In this document: positions 12,185 to 23,904 of the stretch, piece by piece
How positions within the stretch are numbered: the first letter of the stretch is position 1
Layout: the number at the start of each line of letters is the position of its first letter
NCBI RefSeq assembly: GCF_001194135.2
Contig: NC_068991.1
Coordinates: 56,860,406 to 56,900,231, forward strand
Reading direction: 5' to 3'
Length of the DNA: 39,826 nucleotides
Source of the DNA: Octopus bimaculoides
Taxonomy: Eukaryota
Notes under the pieces: generated by a model
Told to the model about the DNA's origin: nothing
The model's input: the letters and a program-made list of their open reading frames with translations, nothing else
Databases searched by the model: none
Made by a program: the position numbers and the translations under genes

Positions 12185-12260
12185 TGACTACGATGACGAC
12201 TACGACGAAGTCGCCAAAGACGACGACGACGATGACGACGATGACGACGTTGACGACGAT
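12185..12260. repeat. Degenerate (GAC/GAT)n trinucleotide repeat
   Basis: Direct reading. Confidence 0.9.
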
Positions 12261-12736
12261 ACTGGTGAGATTGACAGAGAACATTTGTGCCGAATATAGT
12301 TGTTACCTACGTGTAACTTACTTTTTGCTTTCAGCGTTTTTACCTATCTCTCCATATGATTCTGAGCATGCGTGCGTGCGTCCGCACGTGTGTGGATACG
12401 TGTCTGTAGATGCATACACAATTGGTCGCCTGCGTATACATAACACACACACACACACACACACACATTATATATATANNNNNNNNNNNNNNNNNNNNNN
12501 NNNNNNNNNNNNNNNNNNNNNNNNNNNNNNNNNNNNNNNNNNNNNNNNNNNNNNNNNNNNNNNNNNNNNNNNNNNNNNNNNNNNNNNNNNNNNNNNNNNN
12601 NNNNNNNNNNNNNNNNNNNNNNNNNNNNNNNNNNNNNNNNNNNNNNNNNNNNNNNNNNNNNNNNNNNNNNNNNNNNNNNNNNNNNNNNNNNNNNNNNNNN
12701 NNNNNNNNNNNNNNNNNNNNNNNNNNNNNNNNNNNN

Positions 12737-12787
<51 letters not shown>

Positions 12788-13184
12788 CACACACACACAA
12801 AGTTCACCGTTGCTTCTGATACGAGACTCATCTCTGTTGAATTGCCAGATATCTCTCACGCTTCGATCTTCATCATCACATTCAAAAACCATATAATTTC
12901 TTGTTTATTTACTTCGTTATTTACATACGTATTTATTTGTTTGTTTATTTATTGATTCATTTATTTATTTGTGAGTTTGTTTATTTATTTATATGTCTGT
13001 ATTATTTCACTTATCTTCTGCTTGAAGAATACTCAATAATGATATGCTGCGTTGTCTACAAGATCCAGCACACAATCAAACATACACACATAAAGACAGG
13101 ATACGCACGCTCACACACAGACACACAATAACTCACACAAACAACACGCAGAGACAGACACACGCTCACATACAGACACGCACG

Positions 13185-13228
<44 letters not shown>

Positions 13229-13724
13229 CACGCTGGCACACAGACATCCTACTAGACAGATGCAATCACTCATACTCAAACATACACAGACACACACCAA
13301 TACACTCTGCACATACTACACACAAACACACTGAAAAACACGCACAAATCCACGCAAACAGACATACAGATGTAGGCAATGTGTGCGCGTGTTTTTTTTT
13401 TCTTTCTGCGCTGCTGTTGGCAGTTGCTGGCAGCCATTTTGCCCGAAGATATTCTTTGAATAATTCTAGATGAACAAAATTCAGGTTAAGCTAGAGAAAC
13501 GTAAACTTTCTACTTTCTATTCCATTGCCGAAAGGTCAAATTCTTTTGTGTTATTCACATCAAAGATGTATAAACTTAAGTTGACCTTGTAAAGTAGTTG
13601 TACTTGCTTCTCATCTCCATTTTTTCTTTCTTTTTTTTTTTTTGTGCATACTGTAGAATAGACTCGAGGCAAAATGACAACACCTACAAATACACTCGCA
13701 CACATACACACACAGACACACAAA

Positions 13725-13770
<46 letters not shown>

Positions 13771-13890
13771 NNNNNNNNNNNNNNNNNNNNNNNNNNNNNN
13801 NNNNNNNNNNNNNNNNNNNNNNNNNNNNNNNNNNNNNNNNNNNNNNNNNNNNCATACATCCAAAATGGCCGACGGTGATGCTGCAAAAGG

Positions 13891-13939
<49 letters not shown>

Positions 13940-14110
13940 CAACGATGATGATAACAGAAATAATAATTTATAATAATAATAGAGTGAAAATAACGATAAT
14001 GAAAATAATAAAAATCATGATAGCTGATGATGATTAACGATGTTGATGCTACTGCTGCTGGTGGTGATGATGATGATGGTGATGATAACAATAAAAGTGA
14101 TGATAGATAA
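13891..14110. repeat. (AAT)n followed by degenerate (GAT)n repeats
   Basis: Direct reading. Confidence 0.85.
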
Positions 14111-14459
14111 TAAAATTTAAGACGAAATGGTCTTATATGTTTACGATACGTGAAATACTTACCTAAAATGAGAGACGGCTGAAATGAAAGATTTGACATC
14201 CAAGAGCGAAGAATGGAGAACACTCACAGAATGGCCAAATCATCGACAACAGCGTCTGTAGCTGTAAGTGCAACAATAATAGCAACACCAAGTGCAGTTT
14301 CGGCTAGTCACTGAAACAATGCTACGAGTGCTTCTCATCGAAATATACTCATTCAATAACAATATGGTTATATATTTTGAAGTAAAGTTGCTCTTTGTAA
14401 ACAAAAGATACTATCAAAATATTTTGATACATTCATAATAATCTCAAATATCAGGTAAG

Positions 14460-14990
14460 TTAGCGAGCTAGCAGAACCATTAACACGCCGGGCGAAATGC
14501 CTAGTAGCATATCGCTCGTGTTTACGTGTTGCTGTTCGTTCTTTCTTGAGCCATGCTTGGCTCATAAGGGCTGGTTTCCCGGCTTCATTGGCGTATAGGT
14601 TCCCCCACCTGGACGGGACGCCAGTCCGTCGCAGGTGAGCTGCTAGATGCAGGAGGAGAGAGTGAGAAAAAGTTGTGGCGAAAGAGTCAGCAGAAGTTCG
14701 CCATTACATTCTGCCGGAGCCGCGTGGAGCTTAGGTGTTTCGCTCAAAAACACGCACATCGAACAATCTAAGATTCGAACCCGCGATCCCTCGACCACGA
14801 GTCCACTGCTCTAACCACTTGGCTATGTGTCTCTCCACCGAGTTTACGTTCTGAGTTCAATTTCCACAGAGGCCGATTTAAATATCAGCCTTTCGGAATC
14901 GATAAAATAAATACGAGTTGAGCACTGAGGTCGCTGTAATCGAATTACCCAATCCATTGAACTTGCTGTCCTCGTGCTGAAATTTGAAAC
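14460..14990 (+). mobile_element. SINE family B split by a nested insertion (14460-14527 + 14839-14990)
   Basis: B sequence resumes (tttacgttctgagttcaa) after the insert. TSD cgtgtttacgt / cgagtttacgt. Confidence 0.8.
14528..14838 (-). mobile_element. SINE family E variant (head H2 + body + tail T1)
   Basis: Head and body match 27194-27380. The tail matches the tail of 11010-11239. 11-bp TSD with 1 mismatch. Confidence 0.82.
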
Positions 14991-15019
14991 AAACAGTGGC
15001 ATAAGGTTGGTTACTCTAG

Positions 15020-15168
15020 CAAAAAGGAGTAGGTCAGTTTCAGTGACACCAGCGTATCACTGGTACTTTATTTCACCAACCCCCAAAAGGATGAAAAAGA
15101 CAGATACCCTCGGTAGGGTTTGAACTCGGAACGTAAAGCATTTTCCCCGACGCGCTGACGATTCTGCG
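15020..15168 (-). mobile_element. SINE family B, decayed
   Basis: ctggtactttatttcaccaacccccaaaaggatgaaa...tttgaactcggaacgtaa...cgcgctgacgattctgc. Confidence 0.7.
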
Positions 15169-15229
15169 TGCTTATAGTAAAAAGATACTTTCTTATTGAA
15201 ATATCTTTATTTCTTACGTATTACAATTA

Positions 15230-15365
15230 TTGGACAGCCATGGTTGATTAGCGACCTAAAGGGCCTAGTCGAATATATCGCCCATAGTATATATTTTTTA
15301 AGACTCGGTATATATTCTACCGGCTTCAATGCCGAAACGCTAAGTTACGGTTGTCAAGCAGTGGA
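15230..15365 (-). mobile_element. SINE family A tail, decayed
   Basis: gccgaaacgctaagttacggttgtcaagcagtgg followed by (CA)n. Confidence 0.6.
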
Positions 15366-15746
15366 GTACATACATATTCACACACCACACACACACACAC
15401 ACGCACACACACACACACACANNNNNNNNNNNNNNNNNNNNNNNNNNNNNNNNNNNNNNNNNNNNNNNNNNNNNNNNNNNNNNNNNNNNNNNNNNNNNNN
15501 NNNNNNNNNNNNNNNNNNNNNNNNNNNNNNNNNNNNNNNNNNNNNNNNNNNNNNNNNNNNNNNNNNNNNNNNNNNNNNNNNNNNNNNNNNNNNNNNNNNN
15601 NNNNNNNNNNNNNNNNNNNNNNNNNNNNNNNNNNNNNNNNNNNNNNNNNNNNNNNNNNNNNNNNNNNNNNNNNNNNNNNNNNNNNNNNNNNNNNNNNNNN
15701 NNNNNNNNNNNNNNNNNNNNNNNNNNNNNNNNNNNNNNNNNNNNNN

Positions 15747-16700
15747 GGGAAAGTTTTGAAGATGGCCTAAGGACTGGACGCCCTGTAACTGCTACCACCG
15801 AATGAAACAGTGATCATATTCACCACATGCTGATGGATGACAGGCGACTGACTATAAATCAAATAGCCAATGCTATTAGCTGTGAAAGAGTTGAGAATAT
15901 TCTGCACAGTGATCTTGGCAGAAGACATGGCTGCCATGTATTCTGACACCTGATCAAAAGTACATCAATATAATTACATCATGGGAAAATCTGAGGTTGT
16001 TTGAGGCAGATACAGCTCGTTTCCTTGAACGTTTCCTAAGCCAAGATGAGTGCTGGCTTCATCACTTTGAGCTAGAAACAAAGAGACAATCCATGCAGTG
16101 AATATACCTCCTCCTCACCTGCTCCAAAGAAGGCCAAGATCGCTTCATCTGCAGCGATGGTGTGGGCATCCGTTTTGGGGATGCAAAAAGCATTGTGTTT
16201 ATTGATTGTGTTCAGAAGGGCCAAATCATCAATGGAGAGGACTATACCAAAATGCTGTGGTAGTTCTGAAAGGATAACAAGAGCAAACGGCCACGAAAAT
16301 TAACAAAAGGAGCTTTGTTTTATCATGACAATGCTTTAACACACAAGTCCTTGCTTTCAATGACTGGTGTGCATGACTGCGGTTTTGAACTTGATGATCC
16401 CTATTCTTCTTATTTAGTCCACGTCTGAATATAATTTATCCCCCAACATATTTTAAAAAACACACACACACAATCGACTGGGAAACAGTATCCTAGTGAT
16501 GATGACGTCATATCTGTCGTTTGATGACTTTCTTTGGGCAACTAGATGACAGCTTCTCAGCCAATGGGTTCCAATAATTGCGACACCGATGGAAGAAATG
16601 AATGGATCTCAAGAGGGTCTATGCTGAAAAATGAACCTCATTTGGTCACATTCCATGAGGGAATCTTGGTCAGCCTATAAACCTTTCAGTCGACTCCCGC
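15747..16700 (+). mobile_element. Decayed mariner transposon (irritans-like), 5' part lost in gap
   Basis: Motifs ED..RTGRP, DDRRLT, SQDECW, FYHDNA, RWKK*MDLKRVYAEK*. Right TIR-like tcagcctataaacctttcagtcgactcccg. Confidence 0.88.
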
Positions 16701-16724
16701 ATATATGTATGTTATCAATCAGTT

Positions 16725-18345
16725 TCATTTCTGTATTTCTTGTCCATAGAGAAAGAGCCGGACTCTAACATAGATTCAAGGCTCCTTCATTGGAACTTTT
16801 ATCAACATCATCTAGGTATTTGTGCATATGTATGTGTGTGCAGTATTTGGTGTTAGTGTATGCGCAGATTTGTATGTTTGTTTTATGGATGCGTTTTTAT
16901 GTCTAGATGCATGCATATGTATTTATGTGCTAAATTTTTGGAAAGTTTTACATATCTTTACAGTTCCATTGGTGGCTTGAATCTATAGTCTTCTAATCAG
17001 CCTTTTTCTTTCAGGTTTTGAGAACCCTAAATTTTCCAGGTTTTNNNNNNNNNNNNNNNNNNNNNNNNNNNNNNNNNNNNNNNNNNNNNNNNNNNNNNNN
17101 NNNNNNNNNNNNNNNNNNNNNNNNNNNNNNNNNNNNNNNNNNNNNNNNNNNNNNNNNNNNNNNNNNNNNNNNNNNNNNNNNNNNNNNNNNNNNNNNNNNN
17201 NNNNNNNNNNNNNNNNNNNNNNNNNNNNNNNNNNNNNNNNNNNNNNNNNNNNNNNNNNNNNNNNNNNNNNNNNNNNNNNNNNNNNNNNNNNNNNNNNNNN
17301 NNNNNNNNNNNNNNNNNNNNNNNNNNNNNNNNNNNNNNNNNNNNNNNNNNNNNNNNNNNNNNNNNNNNNNNNNNNNNNNNNNNNNNNNNNNNNNNNNNNN
17401 NNNNNNNNNNNNNNNNNNNNNNNNNNNNNNNNNNNNNNNNNNNNNNNNNNNNNNNNNNNNNNNNNNNNNNNNNNNNNNNNNNNNNNNNNNNNNNNNNNNN
17501 NNNNNNNNNNNNNNNNNNNNNNNNNNNNNNNNNNNNNNNNNNNNNNNNNNNNNNNNNNNNNNNNNNNNNNNNNNNNNNNNNNNNNNNNNNNNNNNNNNNN
17601 NNNNNNNNNNNNNNNNNNNNNNNNNNNNNNNNNNNNNNNNNNNNNNNNNNNNNNNNNNNNNNNNNNNNNNNNNNNNNNNNNNNNNNNNNNNNNNNNNNNN
17701 NNNNNNNNNNNNNNNNNNNNNNNNNNNNNNNNNNNNNNNNNNNNNNNNNNNNNNNNNNNNNNNNNNNNNNNNNNNNNNNNNNNNNNNNNNNNNNNNNNNN
17801 NNNNNNNNNNNNNNNNNNNNNNNNNNNNNNNNNNNNNNNNNNNNNNNNNNNNNNNNNNNNNNNNNNNNNNNNNNNNNNNNNNNNNNNNNNNNNNNNNNNN
17901 NNNNNNNNNNNNNNNNNNNNNNNNNNNNNNNNNNNNNNNNNNNNNNNNNNNNNNNNNNNNNNNNNNNNNNNNNNNNTATTTCGTTTTAGGTATAGGCGGT
18001 CTACAGCGCTATTGATGTGAAAGTTGTTCGTGCTCGTTAGTATTTTTCGGGTCTTCACATCAAGGGCTCAGATTTCATCGATCGTCCAGTCAAGTATCCC
18101 GAATGTCGGTATGAGTACTGGTACTGCAAACACATTGTGGGCTATTGCTTTATTGAACGCAGAGAGTTCCGAGGTCCATATTTTCCTAACCCGATTTCTG
18201 TATTCCTTAGTAACACGTTCCTTGTTACAGGTACCTTCATATGATACGTTTTCATCTACTCCCAGGTATCTGTAGGATTCCTCATCAGATATTGGAGAAA
18301 CAGATAGGCCATTGATGGAGATGTTGTTAGGGTGGTTTTTAGTCT
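16725..18345 (-). mobile_element. 5'-truncated R4/Dong-type (RLE-class) LINE spanning the 931-N gap
   Basis: RT region 17976-18345: YRYLGVDEN...KEYRNRVRKIWTSELSAFNK..AHNVFAVPVL..TFGILDWT...DRLYLKR. C-terminus 16930-17044: NLENLGFSKPERKRLIRRL*IQATNGTVKICKNF*. The 3' UTR boundary near 16725 is approximate. Confidence 0.8.
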
Positions 18346-18410
18346 TTCCGTACAAATGTACGTATATATGTATACGTATTCATGTATGCATATATATACA
18401 TATATGTATG

Positions 18411-18465
<55 letters not shown>

Positions 18466-18487
18466 GTATGCATATGTGTGTGTATGT

Positions 18488-18650
18488 GTGGCTCTGAGTC
18501 TTGTTTGACACACCTTCCGCTTGAAAGCCGCTGTTGGTTTGTGTGAGTTCTCATGCATTTGTTGTTCGTCAAAATAGACCGAGAGAATAAAACCCTCCAA
18601 GGTGGTGCTAATCAGCATGCCACCGGTAAAATATCCGAAGCCAATAAACG
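18488..18650 (+). mobile_element. SINE family A tail, decayed
   Basis: cgcttgaaagccgctgttgg...aaaatagaccgagagaataa...ggtggtgct...cagcatg after (CA)/(TA)n. Confidence 0.55.
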
Positions 18651-19290
18651 ATAACAAATAACACATACACACACACACACACACACATACACACACACAN
18701 NNNNNNNNNNNNNNNNNNNNNNNNNNNNNNNNNNNNNNNNNNNNNNNNNNNNNNNNNNNNNNNNNNNNNNNNNNNNNNNNNNNNNNNNNNNNNNNNNNNA
18801 TACAGCTGCATATTAATATTATGTGTGTATGTGAATATATATATAATTATACATACATACATATATATATATATCAATAATATGTGTGCATAGGTATGTG
18901 TATATAGGTATGTGTATGCAGCAAATCGTGCATGAGTGTATGGCTGCCTTGGTGTATGAATGCATATTTTAGCATAATTAGGTCACACGCACACGTAACA
19001 CGCGCGCGCGCACGCTCACATATACATTTACATACACCCACACAATTATATTTATGTATATATAAACATGGACACACAAACACATATATTACCTATGTAA
19101 GATAAATTATATATTTACAAATTCATGCATATTTATATACATGCGTTATATCTACATATTTGGTCCAAGTTTATATTACAGATTACATATATGCTGGCGT
19201 TATACTCAATATAAACGCTGACTCATTCTATAACTGATATATGCATATACCTACCTACATACATACGTACATATATGTGAGTGAATATAC

Positions 19291-19325
<35 letters not shown>

Positions 19326-19861
19326 NNNNNNNNNNNNNNNNNNNNNNNNNNNNNNNNNNNNNNNNNNNNNNNNNNNNNNNNNNNNNNNNNNNNNNNNNNN
19401 NNNNNNNNNNNNNNNNNNNNNNNNNNNNNNNNNNNNNNNNNNNNNNNNNNNNNNNNNNNNNNNNNNNNNNNNNNNNATATATATACACATACATATGCAC
19501 ATCGATACGTGCATAAATATATAAATGCATGAATGTGTGTGCGTTTCTACGTACATCATACATTGCATAATTTTATCATATTATTTCATATTATTTCATA
19601 TATAAATGTATATATTATATATATTATTTTCCTTACCAACGACAGAATTATGAAACAGCCATTTGCTTTGCTTGTCCATCATATATTTAGACATGGAATC
19701 TTACTTTTAGTTATACACAATTCCTGTAATCTCTTGCCATATGCATAGAATTGTGTCTTATGATAGTGATTATCTGTGAAATAAATTGCTCACTGTAATG
19801 TATTAATGTATTAAATATTTAGTAATAACATCTAGTACATAAATTATGTATATATTTTACC

Positions 19862-20130
19862 TGACTGTGCGGTACGAATCCTGATTCCAAACATGATTCC
19901 GAGTTCAGTCCCACTGCATGCCAACTTGGAACATGCTTTCTTGTATAGTTTCGGGCTGACGAAGTCTTGTGAGTGGATTTCGTAGGCGGAAAATGAAAGA
20001 AGCCTCTTTGTTATACCAGCCTTAAAAACAAAATAAGTACTGCGATCGATTCATTCAACTAAAAATTCTTGCAAAAGGTGCCCCAGCATGGCCGCAGTTT
20101 AATGACTGAAACAAGTAAAGGATAAAAGAT
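19862..20130 (+). mobile_element. SINE family A lacking the internal microsatellite and first part of tail
   Basis: Head-CORE (ending gaaagaagcc) is joined directly to the distal tail ending gactgaaacaagtaaaggataaaagat. Confidence 0.75.
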
Positions 20131-20247
20131 ATGCAGAAATGTTTCGATGTTTGTGGTGGAGAGTGTGTACATATGCATGCATACATACATACATACATAC
20201 ATGTGTGTGTGTGTTTACACACACATACACACGCACACGTATATATA

Positions 20248-20572
20248 CGGCGGCCTTCTTTCAGTTTCCGTCTACTAAATTCACTCACAGAGCTTTGGTC
20301 GGCCCGAGACTATAGTAGAAGGCACTTGCCCAAGGTACCACGCTGTGGGACTGAACCCGGAATCATGTGGTTGGTAAGCAAGCTACTTATCACACAACCA
20401 CTCTTTATAAAAGTGACAGACTTCCGCACAGTTCCCGTCCACCAAATTCCCTCACAAGTCATTGGTTGGCTCAGGACTATGGTAGAAGCCATTTGCTAAA
20501 CGTGCCACAAAGTGAGACCGAGTAAAAACTACGTGATTGTAAAGCGAGATACTTAGCCACAAAGCCATGCCC
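20248..20572 (-). mobile_element. Two tandem SINE family A heads (20248-20403, 20415-20572)
   Basis: Both carry the reverse complement of head + CORE. The second is more diverged. Confidence 0.75.
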
Positions 20573-20849
20573 AAATCTGTATGCCTGTAATTGTGTGTGT
20601 GTTTGTGTGTGTGTACGTGTACATATATACACGCACACACACATATATATAGAGAGTAAAATAAGGATTCAAATAGAATCGGGTATCGGCATAAGAAACA
20701 GATGTGATGAGCTGACAATTTTTGATCGTCTGGTATTCATTTGAGTATATATATATATATATATAAAATAATAATGATATAAATAATATATAAGTATATG
20801 CATATATACATACATATATGTACATACCTACATATATAAGTATATATAC

Positions 20850-21290
20850 ATGCATATTTGGGTACAGGACATAAAAAACAAAACGGGAACAAAAAGAGAA
20901 ATGAGAACATAAAAAAAAAACATAGAAAACGAACTTTTTTTTCGAACAACGAAAGAAACAAATAGAGAAAAGAGACAGGCAACATAAAGAACTTTCCCTT
21001 CATCAGTTGTCCCCTGTTTTATCTACTCCGCATTTCGAAGGTAGGGACAAGACGCGACTTCGTTAAAACAGTCCTTCACGCGAAGCAAATTAAATAGAAT
21101 TTGGGATTTTTTAGCAGAGGGTTAAAGTGGTAACAAAAACAGGACAGTGAGAACAAAACAGTAAAAACAGGCGGTGAGGACTGTTAAGCTAAGACGATAA
21201 TGGAGAAATTATACATATGTATAAGTGGATGATGAATAAAGTACCAGCACAGTTTCGATTACCTGTTGTTATCCGTAGATTGCAGGGACT
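20850..21290 (-). mobile_element. Putative non-autonomous, possibly Penelope-associated element carrying a hammerhead-like motif
   Basis: Non-coding complex block embedded between (TA)-type microsatellites, containing CUGAUGA/GAAA/GUC with matching stems. Family assignment is inference. Confidence 0.45.
20996..21056 (-). ncRNA. Candidate hammerhead ribozyme with scrambled strand order
   Basis: 5'-cgcg UC ttgtccct a ccttc GAAA tgcg (14 nt) ggggacaa CUGAUGA aggg-3'. Stem I is 8 bp in exact register, stem III 5 bp, stem II weak. Confidence 0.5.
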
Positions 21291-23533
21291 TCAGATATAT
21301 ATATATATATATAATTCGATAGATTAGATAAATAGATAGATAGATATTTACATATCTATACGCACCATACTCTCAAACAACTACACATAAATACATGCAT
21401 ATTCACACTAAGCATACATAGACTCACATAACCATACATACTTAAAGATAGCCATACACAAACACACACGCATATACATTTACAACTTTCTTAAATTTCG
21501 TTTGTTGCCCTTTTAAACAAAGACCTTATATTTAAGGATCAACAAACAGCGTATTTGTATAGCAAATTTTCCAAAACCATACTTAAGTAACCACAGAATT
21601 CATCTTACATTTTCGTGTGATTCTAATGTCTTTCATCGAAGTCTTCTCAGTTAAAAGGGACATAGGGAAGAGAAATATCTGGAAGTAGCCATTTAACCCT
21701 GAACCTTACCCTGTGATCCGATCTTGTAACGGATCAGTTGTTATTTAGATCTCGGATTCTTTTGACTGGTTTATTGCAGTGTATTTTAGGGAATAGTCTT
21801 TTAAATAAGCGAGAATATTTGTAATTCTCTCCCTATATTTCTCTCTTTCCCACCCTCTCTCTCTCACTCACAGCGTCATATATATATATATATATATATA
21901 TANNNNNNNNNNNNNNNNNNNNNNNNNNNNNNNNNNNNNNNNNNNNNNNNNNNNNNNNNNNNNNNNNNNNNNNNNNNNNNNNNNNNNNNNNNNNNNNNNN
22001 NNNNNNNNNNNNNNNNNNNNNNNNNNNNNNNNNNNNNNNNNNNNNNNNNNNNNNNNNNNNNNNNNNNNNNNNNNNNNNNNNNNNNNNNNNNNNNNNNNNN
22101 NNNNNNNNNNNNNNNNNNNNNNNNNNNNNNNNNNNNNNNNNNNNNNNNNNNNNNNNNNNNNNNNNNNNNNNNNNNNNNNNNNNNNNNNNNNNNNNNNNNN
22201 NNNNNNNNNNNNNNNNNNNNNNNNNNNNNNNNNNNNNNNNNNNNNNNNNNNNNNNNNNNNNNNNNNNNNNNNNNNNNNNNNNNNNNNNNNNNNNNNNNNN
22301 NNNNNNNNNNNNNNNNNNNNNNNNNNNNNNNNNNNNNNNNNNNNNNNNNNNNNNNNNNNNNNNNNNNNNNNNNNNNNNNNNNNNNNNNNNNNNNNNNNNN
22401 NNNNNNNNNNNNNNNNNNNNNNNNNNNNNNNTATGTATGTATGTATGTATGTATGTATGTATGTATATGTACAGATAGACAGATATAAATACACAAGCAT
22501 ATATATAACATATATATGCGTATATGTGTGTGTGGGGGGAGGGAGTTAGGTTGGGAGTGCGTATATTTTTATGTAATATGAACGCATCCATAAAACTGTA
22601 GATTGTTAATGCATATTTTGTGATATACGAAACCTTTACGCTTGGATATCTGGATATGTGATATTGTCCGTCAGTCAGTCCTGGTTACATTTGCGTATGA
22701 CGTGTATGTGTGTGCGCGCGTGAAAGAAGAAGAGAGAAAGAGAGACAGAGAGAGGGAGCGCTTGTAGTGTGTGATTGTGTGTATGTGTGTATGTGTGTGT
22801 GAGAGTGTGTGTGTCCGTGTGTGTCCGTGTGTCTGTAGCATTTATTATGACAGTCCGCCCATGCGTGTGTCGCAGTTATTATGACAGTCGTATTTGTATT
22901 CCATTATGCATTTCTAGTAACTGCTGTCGCTAATGTACTTCCTTATTGTAACTGCTGTTACTACAAGATGGCTGCCTTATTTTCTTCTGCTTTATTTATT
23001 TATTTTATTTTCTTCTCGTCTTTGTCTTTCTGTCTGTGAAGGGAAGTCAAATGCCGAATCGGTTGAAGGAATTCAGACGATAAAGCAATATCAAGGTGAA
23101 CGGACGGACTGCTGCTGTTTACGAAGGTTACGCGATGTAGACAGAAGGAACTGTATACAGGGAAACTATCTTCGTGGCGTCTCTAGAAGATATTAAAAAG
23201 AAAAGAGGCAGCCTGGGTTCTCTACTAAAAATGGTCTTTAGCATTTTTATTTACAATTTGAGAGGCTACTCTTCTATGTATATATATATGTATATATATA
23301 TTCATATAAATCGATATCGAAACAGTTGAACCCACAATTAAATAACTTAGAGATCGGTCAATAAAATTTGTTCAGTTACTTCTGTCTCTCTCTTTCTCTC
23401 TCTTCCTCCTCCTCCCTCTCCTTCTCTTCGCACCTTCGCGTCTATCAACACTATATCTATGTTTGTGTGTTTGCGTGTTTGCGTGTTTGTGTACGTATGT
23501 ATTTGTGTTGTGTGTGTACGTACGTCACTCTCC

Positions 23534-23536
<3 letters not shown>

Positions 23537-23594
<58 letters not shown>
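23537..23594. repeat. (CTAT)n tetranucleotide repeat
   Basis: Direct reading. Confidence 0.95.
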
Positions 23595-23595
<1 letters not shown>

Positions 23596-23761
23596 GTGTG
23601 TGTGTGTGTGAGTGTGTGTGAATGTGCATATACATACAAGTCTATATAAATATGTGCGTATATATATGTATATATATATATATATATATACATATATAAT
23701 AGACATGTGTACATGCACATGTCTGTGTATGCGTACACATATATGTGTATTTATATATGAC

Positions 23762-23860
23762 GTGCATGGCTCAAGGTTCAGTCCCACTGTGTGGCAACTT
23801 GGAGCTTCGGACTAAAGCCTTATGAGTGGATTTGGTTGACGGAAACTGAAAGAAGCCCCT
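23762..23860 (+). mobile_element. SINE family A head fragment with internal deletion
   Basis: ggttcagtcccactgtgtggc...aaagccttatgagtggatttggttgacggaaactgaaagaagccc. Confidence 0.75.
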
Positions 23861-23904
23861 TGTGGGTATATATATTGACCATGATTGACCATGGGATTGC
23901 ACTA

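Noticed and set aside
12800-12895. Exon-like minus-strand frame FECDDEDRSVRDIWQFNRDESRIRSNG
   Set aside because: No usable acceptor tract, weak donor, no recognisable family.
21693-21750. Degenerate (TAACCC)-like tract and small hairpin tgatccg/cggatca (Helentron-like or interstitial telomere?)
   Set aside because: Only about 3 imperfect units and no sub-terminal inverted repeats identified.
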